Source: Azolla caroliniana (taxonomy: Eukaryota > Plantae > Polypodiophyta). Taken from it: a stretch of DNA of 33,228 nucleotides. The notes under the pieces were generated by a model that saw only the letters and a list, made by a program, of their open reading frames with translations, was not told the DNA's origin and did not search any database. Shown piece after piece: positions 11,653-21,500 of the stretch; within the stretch, counting starts at the first letter, position 1; each line of letters starts with the position of its first letter. Both the position numbers and the translations under genes were made by a program. The stretch is taken from NCBI GenBank assembly GCA_043228905.1, contig JBHGNT010000339.1, positions 1 to 33,228 on the forward strand, read 5' to 3'.

Positions 11653-12448
11653 CCATGTTATTGTAGAATCTTGTGGATTAAGGACGACACATGATGTGTC
11701 TGGTGCTGATGACGCTGCAACAGATGAGGATACTGTTGCCAACGTGGCTGAAAGTAAGAGTCCTGCTATCACATCTCCTTCAGATCAGCTCCACCCGATT
11801 CTTTTGGAACAGTGTACTGAATTAGGCAACGATGTGAAATGCCATGAAATAGTGGAAACAACATGTAAAACTGAGGTTCACAACAACAGTGTTTATGAAC
11901 ACTTGATGCAACATTTCTTTGAATCTCAAGACCTTGATTCCACCCCACCGAGCCCAACTACTGAAAATGTCCAAACAGATCCCTCTGTACTTGAAAAGCT
12001 AGTTCAAGAAACGGCTGATGTGCAATTAGCTGCTGAGGCAATGGGAAGGTTGTCAGAGGACACACTTGTGCATTGGGTGAAAGAAGCAAGGCTAAATGGG
12101 GAACCGACCAGAAAAAGGTTGAAGAAGGGGCCATGATCGGGAACAAGACCGGTTACTCGGTCAAGGGGCCCGGGCGTAGTGGAGCGAAATATTGTTTTGT
12201 TGGATATGATTGTTAGCTTAGGGATTTTTCTAGGGTTTTATGAAGTTTTACTATCCTGTTGGACAAGTAAAACCTCAGATTGGTTGTTGCTTGATCCACA
12301 TTATGTAATGGACCTCTATGATGTTTTTCCAAGATAATTTGAAGAGTGTTGTTCTATGACTGAAACTCTTTGATGTTCAAGATGTTGTTTTGTGAGACTA
12401 TTAGTTACTTTGTGAGTGTGAATATGTTGGTGTTTTCTGATGTTGCAG

Positions 12449-13425
12449 AGTCTAAAGGGTTTGATTCTATTGCTCATAAGGCCAATGGCAGTGTGGATAC
12501 TGTTGATGTTGCGGCATGTTTAAAGGGCCCCATCTTGAAAGTAGATGTAGCAACTGACACAAGTGATCTGGTCACACAAGTTGATCAAGCATGTTGCACG
12601 GATGACTTGGTGTTGCAGGTAGATGCAACATGTGATACCAGTGGACTGATATCGAGCTAATTAGTAGCTACATGCACCGAGGTAATCCAAGGATTGATAA
12701 CTAAGTCGACAAAACAAGAGCACCAGAATGTGAAGCCAGGACCAACACAATCGACTAGGGGTTTGAAGAGGAAAAGGACGCCAGTTGTGTCGGCCGAGCC
12801 TGAGCTGATTGAGATTGATCGTATCCTACTAGAAAATGGTGTAACAACGGCTCAGTTTCAGGAATGGAAACCTAAACCACTAGAAGTCGAAAGAAGAGCC
12901 TTGATCTTGGAGCTTGATAAAGTCTTGATGAGTGTGAGATATATGCAGCCAAGGAGGGACGCGAATCAGTTTCTAGAGTGGGTTGTGCAATACTTTGATT
13001 TGTTTATTTGGAGTGAAAAACCAAAATCAGATGTGTGGAAGTGTTTAGCAAGATTCTTCCCAAAATGGCGAAGTCGTTTTAAAGGTCAATGGGCACGAGA
13101 AAATTGTGAGCAAATGGAAGCTGCAAGATTCAAGAGACTTTCTGATTTTTGGGCTACTTGGCCTGAATATAATGCCGACAATACATTGATTTTGGATACA
13201 GAACATTTCCGGCACTACTTCAATATTCGGAGATGCTGTCTCATTCTACCCGAGGAAATGCCTGAACAATACCTGGTGCAAACAGTGAGCTGCCAACTAG
13301 GTGCATGGTTGTGGACTCCATACCGAGCTCGATATGCGGATAATATATGTAGACTCGTTCCACTGACTAGCAAGAGCTTAGCTGTTTATAGGAGATTTGT
13401 AGACATTTCCAATGGTAATTTATAA
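12449..13425 (+). CDS. Exon encoding an FCP1/SCP (NIF, HAD superfamily) CTD-phosphatase-like domain with non-canonical catalytic motif; one in-frame TAA at 12658
   Basis: ALILELDKVL..RRDANQFLEWVVQYFDLFIWS..KRLSDFW..YNADNTLILDT follows the NIF pattern LVLDLDETL..RP..EFL..F...W..KDLS..NT..IDD. Acceptor TTCTGATGTTGCAG ends at 12448. NLS-like LKRKR upstream of the domain. Confidence 0.72.
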
Positions 13426-13773
13426 ATATGTAAAGAGATGAAATTATTCAATGAAGAATTTAATTACTTGTTCCCACTGTACTTATCTATTGTGTAATTT
13501 GAGGAATATGTTGCAGATTGTTGATTTCATGCTATTGATGACTATTTAGCTATTGACAGCTAATTAGCTGCATTTGTACAACTAATTAGCTACTGATGAC
13601 TATTTCGCTATAACTTATAACTTAAAACTTAACAAAAAAGACATGATTTTATTGAGAAAGAAGCACAGAAAGCAGACTGTATACAAGAAATTGATTCTCA
13701 AACGAATTTATTTAGCTGTTTTTGCGAAATACATGTTTGTTTTACAAGAGAACATGGTAAGTGCTACTTGTAG

Positions 13774-14222
13774 CTACAAATTCCATGGCATACTATTGTA
13801 GATACATTCATACACATTAGCACCAACAATGTATAAACCTGAGCAACTATTGTATTCTCACATTGGGACGTTGATGCACCTGACCAAATGAGAGTACATG
13901 TACGCCGCTGGTTTGTCTTCTAACAGCCTGTACACATATTCATAGTCATCTAGTTTTGCATAAAAAATGCCTTCGATGTAGAATGTCCCGACAGATACAA
14001 AATTTCCCCATGCATCTACAATATTCTGCCTTGCACATTGTTTACTAACTGTGCACTTCAATATATAGAAATCAGCACCCTCTGAATTGCCTTCTTCAGC
14101 AATTACAACGAAGTTATCCCCAACGTTCAGGACATCACTCAAAGTATCTCCAAGCCCCTCATATGTGAAGTCAGCATTCTGCCCTGTTTCTCCATCAACT
14201 GCTTCCTTATCATTCAGAGTGT
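13774..14222 (-). pseudogene. 3' remnant of a convergent gene, probably the C-terminal domain of the element's transposase
   Basis: Protein-like frame EGLGDTLSDVLNVGDNFVVIAEEGNSEGADFYILKC..DAWGNF..YIEGIFY.., which continues past one TGA (13858) to TAG at 13774. The 5' part is replaced by the tandem repeat and no DDD/E core is visible. Confidence 0.5.
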
Positions 14223-14544
14223 GAACCCCATCAGATTGAACAACTCTTTGATGATGCTTGGAACACACAATAGCGACCCCTGAGTGTAGAGTGGCACAGA
14301 GAAGAGAACCCCGTTAGATTGAACAGCTCTTTGATGATGCTTGGAACACACAGTAGCGGCCCCTGAGTGTAGAGTGGCACAGAGAAGAGAACCCCGTCAG
14401 ATTGAACAGCTCTTTGATGATGCTTGGAACGCACAGTAGCGGCCCCTGAGTGTAGAGTGGCACAGAGAAGAGAACCCCGTCAGATTGAGCAGCACTTTGA
14501 TGATGCTTGGAACGCACAGTAGCGGCCCTTGAGTGTAGAGTGGC
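14223..14544. repeat. 83-bp tandem repeat, ~3.9 copies
   Basis: Unit GAACCCCGTCAGATTGAACAGCTCTTTGATGATGCTTGG..GAGTGGCACAGAGAAGA starts at 14223, 14306, 14389 and 14472. Confidence 0.97.
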
Positions 14545-14872
14545 GGCAGGTGGACTCGATAGGGTTTAGCAACAGTGGTAGCAACTAACCCACAATACTC
14601 AACTAGAGATGGCCTACGTGATGTGGCAAAGGATCATGCATAATGGACCTAGGAATTCAATATATAATTTATGGTGCACATATCAATTTATGTTGCACGT
14701 TTATGTTGCACATTTATGACACTCAGTTACATATGTAATTAAAACACTCTAGTATTTTCAATGGTAGTTTTTTGCATAGTTAATTTATTAATGAGGGCTT
14801 TTTACTAAAATGACTAGTTATCAATGGTAGCTTTTTGCATAGCTAATTAGCTATGTCAAGGACATAGCTAAT

Positions 14873-14897
14873 TGTTTCCACTCGCATGCTTTCACCC
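14873..14897 (-). repeat. Right TIR
   Basis: TGTTTCCACTCGCATGCTTTCACCC followed by TSD AAGA. Confidence 0.95.
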
Positions 14898-14901
14898 AAG
14901 A

Positions 14902-16998
14902 GATTGCCATAGAAATGGAAAGAAGGTTGGACAACAAAATACAACATCAACAGAATGTACTGGACCATCTAAAAACTCTGGTAGTAAATCTGATTTGAAT
15001 GCTTGGAGTGGAAGGAATGCAAGAAAAAAAAAATGATGATAAAAAGGGAAAACAGAAGATGTCAGAATATGAAATGTTTGATGAAGGATCTAAAAACATG
15101 GAAGATGTATATTCAGATGTATCATTGGATGATGAGCTGGGTATACGAGTCTTGAAAATGCCTCGTATTGAAGAAGCATTGAAAGATGCAAATCAGAAAT
15201 TGAGAAGATCAGATAGAGAGAAAAACACGGTTGAAAGATATGGTTATGATACATACATGGCTATGCATTATGCATACATGTCTAACGTGGTACAAATCCC
15301 TAATCCAGATAGTTTTGATGAAGAAAAGATGATAAGAAATGGGTGCATGCAATGCAAGAAGAAATGGATGCATTGGATGAAAACAAAACATGGGATTTGG
15401 TAAAAATGCCAGAAGGAAAAAATGTGGTAGGTTGCAAATGGGTCTACAAAACAAATCATGATTCCAATGGGAATGTAAGTAGACATAAAGCAAGACTTGT
15501 TGCAAAGGGATATGACGAAATGCAAGGAATTGATTATGATGAGACATTTGCACCGGTTGCAAAAATGGTAACCTTGAGGACACTACTTGTTGTAAGTGCA
15601 GCCAAAAGATGGTTTTTGCACCATATGGATGTAAAAAATGCTTTTTTACATGGTCACTTAGAAGAGCAAGTGTACATGTGTCAACCACCAGGATTTGAAG
15701 ATAAGAAGCATCCAAAATATGTTTGTAAGTTGAAAAAGGCTCTCTATGGAGTGAAACAAGCACCGAGAGCATGACATAAAGATATTTCAGAATCTCTGAA
15801 AAAAATTGCTTTCGAAATGTCAAAGACTGATCCATCACTGTATGTAAAGATTGTGAATGACTGCATTGTTGTGATTTTGATTTATGTAGATGATTTAATC
15901 ATTGGTGGTGATTCTATTGATGAAATAAGCAAATTGATGAAAAATCTGGAAATGGAGTTTCATATGAAGGACTTGGGAGAGCTGAAATACTTTCTTGGTA
16001 TGGAGATAATCAGATCTGAAAGTGGTATATATATGTTGCAAAAACAGTATGGAACAACTATGCTTAAAAAGTATGGAATGCTTGGATGCAAATCTATTGG
16101 TGTACCATTGGATAAGAACTACAAATTGAGGGCTGATTTGGGAGCAAAAATTGCATATGTGAACATGTACAGGTCTATGGTGGGCAGTCTCATATACTTG
16201 ACTATAACAAGACTTGATTTGAGTTATGTAGTTGGATTAGTCAGCCTGTTTATGCAATAGCCAACAAAGCCACATTTGGATTGCATTAGAACAATTTTGA
16301 GGATCAGAAGATTGCTTGGTGATTTGGGAGAGTATATAGATGGTGCAGTCACAATTTGGTGTGACAATATGAGCAGTATTCAGCTCACACAAAACCCAGT
16401 GTTCCATGCAAGAACAAAGCACATTGAAGTGCATTATGACTTTGTTAGAGAAAAAGTGATTGATGGACAAGTGGATCTGTTGTATGTGAGTAGAAATCAA
16501 CAGGTGCCTGATATTCTTACAAAGGGATTGAGCATGAAAAAACATACATAGTTTAGAGACATGATGGGAGTTATAAGCATTGGTATGATAGATGGAAAGC
16601 ATGAAGGAAAGAAGACTTAAGATGATCTCAAGAATGGATAAGTTGAGCTTGAGGGGGAGTGTTAAGAATCAAGCTCAACAAAAGCATGTGATGCTTATTG
16701 GTAACTAAGATATTCTATAGTAGCTATTAGGAAATTAGCTACTATTAGACATATAGGTAAAACAACTATTTAGCTACTCGCAACTATTTAGCTACTCACA
16801 GCTAATTAGCTGAATATGTAAGTCACTTATATACTTAGGTAAAAAAGTAAGAATGAGTAGGAGACTGCAGTAAGTAGAAAACAAAAAACAGAAGAGAGAG
16901 GTTTCTCTGTGTAATGAAATAGAAATTTTGGGCTGCTACAGAGGGTGAGTCTCCTTCCGCCCTTTCCTTTCTCTCTTGAACACATAAATGATCCAACA
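14902..16998 (+). mobile_element. Ty1/copia element C, 3' half (RT, partial RNase H, PPT, 3' LTR)
   Basis: [39 protein letters not shown] and CDNMSSIQL..FHARTKHIEVHY. PPT GAGGGGGAG at 16651-16659. Confidence 0.93.
16660..16998 (+). repeat. 3' LTR of copia C (~339 bp)
   Basis: Starts TGTTAAG after the PPT and ends ATCCAACA, where minus-strand copia RT sequence begins. Confidence 0.8.
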
Positions 16999-17669
16999 CA
17001 TCACTATCTGCTATGTACTTAGAAGAGTCGTAGTGTCTTCGTAACAGCTTTCGAAAATCTATTAGAACCATGTCGCGTGCAAGCTGTTTGTAATCCGAGG
17101 TGAAGTTTAATGTTCATGTCCACAGGAGTTGAGATTGATTTGCAATCCTTCATGTCGAATTTGAAGAGCATATTCAACACATAATGGCGTTGGTTGATCA
17201 ATATGCCTTTGGGGGTTCGGATCACTTAGATCCTGAGGAAGTAGTGAAGGTCCCCCAAGTCATCTTGAATGATGCCGCCATTTGAGACTTTATGCGGCTG
17301 ATTTTCTCAAGGTCGGTGTCGACATTGGCCAAGTCATCCGCATATAGCAGTATGCTAACTGACCCATTTTGAGCTTGCTGAATGAAAAATGAAGAATCTG
17401 ACTTTGACGACATCAACTAGGTCCCAAGTCTCATTTTTGGCCAATGTGTGCATCTCTTCCTCCATGGACGATTGTCATTTCGCATCCTGTGTTGCCTCTA
17501 TGTAGCTCTCTGCCACTTTTGTCATGTATGCATAATGATGCGCCATGTACTCATTATACCCGTATTAGATCACAAGGTTTCGGTGGCGAGTTGACCAATG
17601 CAACCTCTCATTCACCGTCTTCAAGGCCCTTTTGGCCGAATCTGTCTTAGCTCCTGAGGACCTTCATCA
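16999..17669 (-). mobile_element. Old, degraded copia element E (RT fragments); continues at 22510-22665
   Basis: ILLYADDL, INQRHYVLNMLFKFDMKDCKSISTP and ETWDLV motifs on the minus strand. Confidence 0.85.
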
Positions 17670-18526
17670 TGTTGGGAGACAGGTCCCTCCGGATGGGAAG
17701 GAAGAAGAAAAGTGCGGATGGGAAGGAAGAAGAAACTGGATGACGAGTGCCCGGCTACGGAGAACCAGATGGTGTAGACCCGGTGAGAACCGGATGAGGA
17801 GTACCAGGCTACGGAGAGCCGGATGGTGCAGACTCGGTGAGAACCGGATGAGGAGTACCAAGCTACGGAGAGCCGGATGGTGCAGACCCAGTGAGAACCG
17901 GATGAGGAGTACCCGGCTACGGAGAACCGGATGGTGCAGACCCGGTGAGAACCGGACGAGGAGTACCTGGCTACGGAGAACCGGATGGTGCAGACCCGAT
18001 GAGAACCGGATGAGGAGTACCCAGTTACGGATAGCCGGATGGTGCAGACCCGGTGAGAAGTGCTCACCGGATGAAGAGACATATCAGTAAATATGTTTAT
18101 GGGAGTCCATCATGGCTATATTTGTAAATAGCCGAAAAGTCATATTAGTATAAATATGACTTAGGGCAAACTTTTAGTTGCGGTTGTTATTCTTGATTGT
18201 GCAAGGAAAGAGAGAGCGCGTAACTGTGTACAGAGAGAGAGAGAGAGAGAGAAAGAGGTCGTTGCCTCTGTTGTAACCGCCGCTTGTGGCGAGGATTGTG
18301 AGTACGAGGTCATTGCCTCCGTGAACTCACTGTTGTACATTCTAACATAGTGATAGTTTTGTAGCCTGTGGGCTACTGTGGTTTTTCCCTTAGTTTGGGT
18401 TTTCCACGTAAACATCCTGCGTACTCGTCTCTTCTTCGTGTCGTGCGTTATTTCCTGTTTTTTGTGTATGATTCTAAGCTCGGTTGTGGCCGAGTGTTGT
18501 GCATAAGGAGCGTTGAGTTCCTGTCA
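17670..18526 (+). repeat. 5' LTR of copia D (857 bp)
   Basis: TG..CA ends; both ends match the 3' LTR; the PBS follows. Confidence 0.93.
17750..18058. repeat. 54-bp tandem repeat (~5.7 copies) in U3 of the copia D 5' LTR
   Basis: Unit CCCGGCTACGGAGAACCGGATGGTGCAGACCCGGTGAGAACCGGATGAGGAGTA. Confidence 0.95.
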
Positions 18527-18528
18527 AG

Positions 18529-18540
18529 TGGTATCAGAGC
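18529..18540 (+). promoter_or_regulatory. Primer binding site (initiator tRNA-Met)
   Basis: TGGTATCAGAGC, 2 nt after the LTR end. Confidence 0.95.
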
Positions 18541-18555
18541 GAAACGACACAGAAA

Positions 18556-21500
18556 ATGGACGAATCGCTAGGCGGCATGTTCAAGCTCACCGGCTCCAAC
18601 TATTCAGTGTGGAAATTGAAGATGAGGGACATGCTCGTGGTTAAAGATCTTTGCTTACCGGTTCAGTTCGGGGACAAGAGACTGGACAAGATCGACGCCA
18701 CAATATGGGAGGTGATGCACATGAAGACAACGGCGTACATACGGTGCTTCATCGACATGAGCCTATACAACAACTTCAATGAAGAGAGCAAGGCTCATGA
18801 GCTATGGGAGAAGATCGACATTATGTTTCAAAACAAAAATGCTATTAATCAGGTTTCGGTATTCCGGAAGCTAGTAAGACACCGGTACCAAGATGGCTCC
18901 AGCATGGCGGAGCACATGAATGCCTTCCAAGGGCTGATCCACCTGGCAACTTCATTGGAAGTATCTCTCGCCGATGAGGTACTAGTGCTACTCCTACTTG
19001 GTTCCCTCCCGGATAGCTGGGAGACGTTGGTTGTCACTTTGGGCAACGCCGGGCCGGAAGGAAAATGGTTATCCCTAGCAAGAGTAAAGTCGAGCTTGCT
19101 AGATGAGGAGGCACGTCGGAAAGATAAAGATACGAGCTCCGACTCCAAAGCGCTCCTTACCGAATCGGAACGCGGAAGACAAAGAAACCGTAGTCCCCAG
19201 AACCAGGAAAAGTCGGGGACACGGTTAAAGTCAAGGGGAGACCTACTTGCTTCTATTGCGGCAAGCCGGGACACTTCCAGAAGAACTGTCGGTATTTCCG
19301 AAAGGACAAGGAAACTGACGGTACCGATTCGAAGTGGATACCGGACCGGAAGGGGACGACGGTAATCGCGGCAAGTGAAGAAGAGTTGATGCTCATCACC
19401 GAGGAGAGTGAGATAAACCTTGCCGGCGACGAGATGACCTGGGTGGTCGACTCCAGAGCATCGTTCCACCTTACCCCGGGCCGGAAATGCTTCTCATTCT
19501 ACTCAGCCGGTGATCACGGCTGTGTCCCGATGGGGAATGAAGGTACATGCCGAATTGTCGGCATAGGAGACGTGTGGCTGACAACACCAACCGGATGCAA
19601 GTTGTTGCTGAAGGATGTCCAACACGTTCCGGAGGTTCTTCTGAACCTGATATTAGCCGGTCGGCTAGATGATGAAGGCTACACGGGTAGCATCCGGAAC
19701 GGTGTCATGAAGTTCAGCAAAGGGAACCTGATTGTGGCTCGGGCCCGGAAGGTCAACACTCTGTACCTAATGAATGCCCAGTTATGTTCGGAAGAAATGA
19801 ACGTGGCATCCGACACTGCCGGTGAGCTGTGGGGGCAGTTCGAGGAGTACTGTCGCTCGAAGGGAATCCGGCTCGAATTCACCGTGCCGAAGACGCCGGA
19901 ACTAAACGGGCTGGCCGAGAGGATGAACCGGACCATAATGGAGAGGGTCCGGAGTATGCTGGCACATGCAAAACTACCCAAGAAGTTTTGGGCTGAGGCA
20001 CTGTCGACGGCGACATATGTGATAAACAGATCACCCTCAGTACCCTTGGACAGAGACACGCCACAGAGAGTCTGGACCGGTAAGGAAGTGTCCTACCGGC
20101 ATCTGAGAGTATTCAGGTGTCTCGCGTACGTGCATGTAGCTAAGGACCAGAGAGGAAAATTAGATCCAAAGAACCGACCATGCATATTCCTCGGTTACGG
20201 TGACGATGAGTTCGGCTACCGAGTGTGGGACCTGGTCGACAACAAGGTATTCCAGAGTCGAGATATTATCTTCATGGAGGACAAAACGCTCGCCGATTGG
20301 GAGTCAGAGAAGAAGATAATGAACTCCGAGTCGACCGGTAAGGATCGACTCTACGATGAAAAGACCCAACCGGCAAGAGACCGGTTAGCACTCGAGGGAC
20401 CAGCCACTTACGGTGAGGATACCGAACAGGCTGAAGAAGAAGTAGAGGAAGCTGAAATCGGAACCAGCCAAGACCACGAATCGGATTCGGATGAAGAGCA
20501 AATGGAGGAGCCGGTTACCGAAGCCTGAAGACGGAGATATCCTCTCAGAGAGAGAAGGGAGCCCCCGAGATTTCCGGATGTAGAGCATGTTCCACTGACC
20601 GATGAGGGGGAGCCGGAAAGCTTCAAAGAAGTGAAGGATGACACCCACAGCCGCAAATGGTTAAGTGCCATGCAGGATGAGATGGATTCCCTGCATGAGA
20701 ACCATACATACGAATTGGTGGAGTTGCCGAAAGGAAAGCGGGCACTCCGAAACAAGTGGGTGTACAAGTTGAAACCGGGAGATGCCGGCAACCCCCCGAG
20801 ATACAAAGCCAGGATCGTTGTGAAGGGGTTCCAGCAGAAAAAGGGCATGGAATTTGACGAGATATTTGCCCCGGTAGTAAAGATGACCTCCATCCGGATG
20901 GTGCTGAGTATAGCGGCAAGCATGGACCTCGAGGTAGAGCAGCTGGACGTGAAGACGACATTCCTTCACAGTGACCTCGAAGAGGAGATCTACATGCGGC
21001 AATTGGAAGGATTTGTGGAGAAAGGGAAGGAGCACCTGGTATGCCAGCTGAAGAAGAGCCTGTACGGACTAAAGCAGGCTCCCCGACAATGGTACCGGAA
21101 GTTTGATTCCTTCATCACCGATCAAGGGTACCACAAGACGCATGTCGATCACTGCGTGTTTGTGAAGAAGTTTGAAGGAGGCGACTTCCTGATACTCCTT
21201 TTGTACGTGGACGACATGTTGATCGTCGGACGGGACCAAGCCAAAATACGGATGCTGAAGAAGGCTCTCAACAGGACCTTCTCAATGAAAGACTTGGGTC
21301 CGGCAAGACAGATGCTTGGGATGCATATTATGCGGAACCGGTCAATGAAGCAATTATGGTTGTCACAGGAGAAGTACGTGACAAAGGTGCTTCAGCGGTT
21401 CAACATGTCAGATGCGAAACCGGTCAGATCGACACTTCCGGCAAACTGCAGGCTATCCGGTAAGCAAAGCCCGAAGACAAAAGCAGAGAAGGCGGATATG

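Larger units (their letters stand above)
8513..12136 (+). pseudogene. Spliced transposon-borne gene: unknown N-terminal domain + RING-H2 finger + acidic tail with basic NLS-like end (~552 aa, 3 premature stops)
   Basis: Exons 8513-8541, 9128-9809, 9893-10036, 10121-10454 and 11667-12136. All introns are GT..AG and in phase; total 1659 nt = 553 codons. RING CIAC..PCNHTYHLLC..CLGDC at 10283-10417. In-frame stops at 9522, 9624 and 9902. Confidence 0.8.
8034..14897. mobile_element. TIR DNA transposon, 6,864 bp, non-autonomous, Sola2-like, carrying cargo/accessory genes
   Basis: 25-bp TIRs (24/25 identical), 4-bp TSD AAGA (8030-8033 / 14898-14901), 5'-GGG..CCC-3' ends, and the empty site restores the host copia reading frame. 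The superfamily call rests on GRG termini plus a 4-bp TSD only. Confidence 0.9.

Noticed and set aside
14223-14544. 83-bp repeat as a CRISPR-like array or as coding ORFs (14231-14434, 14314-14517)
   Set aside because: The units are head-to-tail with no unique spacers and no cas genes, in a eukaryotic context. A unit length of 83 is not a multiple of 3, so the ORFs are repeat artefacts.
8034-14897. Classification as PIF/Harbinger (GGG ends) or CACTA
   Set aside because: The flanks give a 4-bp AAGA duplication rather than TAA/TTA or another 3-bp TSD, and the ends are not CACTA/CACTG.
16999-17669. CATCA next to three LTR ends (16999, 17665, 30631) as a target-site preference
   Set aside because: Only one is supported as a TSD, the other flanks (CAGAG, CAACG, CTTCT) differ, and the sample is too small to exclude chance.
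17621-18090. ORFs with 18-aa repeats on both strands
   Set aside because: They are translations of the 54-bp U3 tandem repeat inside an LTR.
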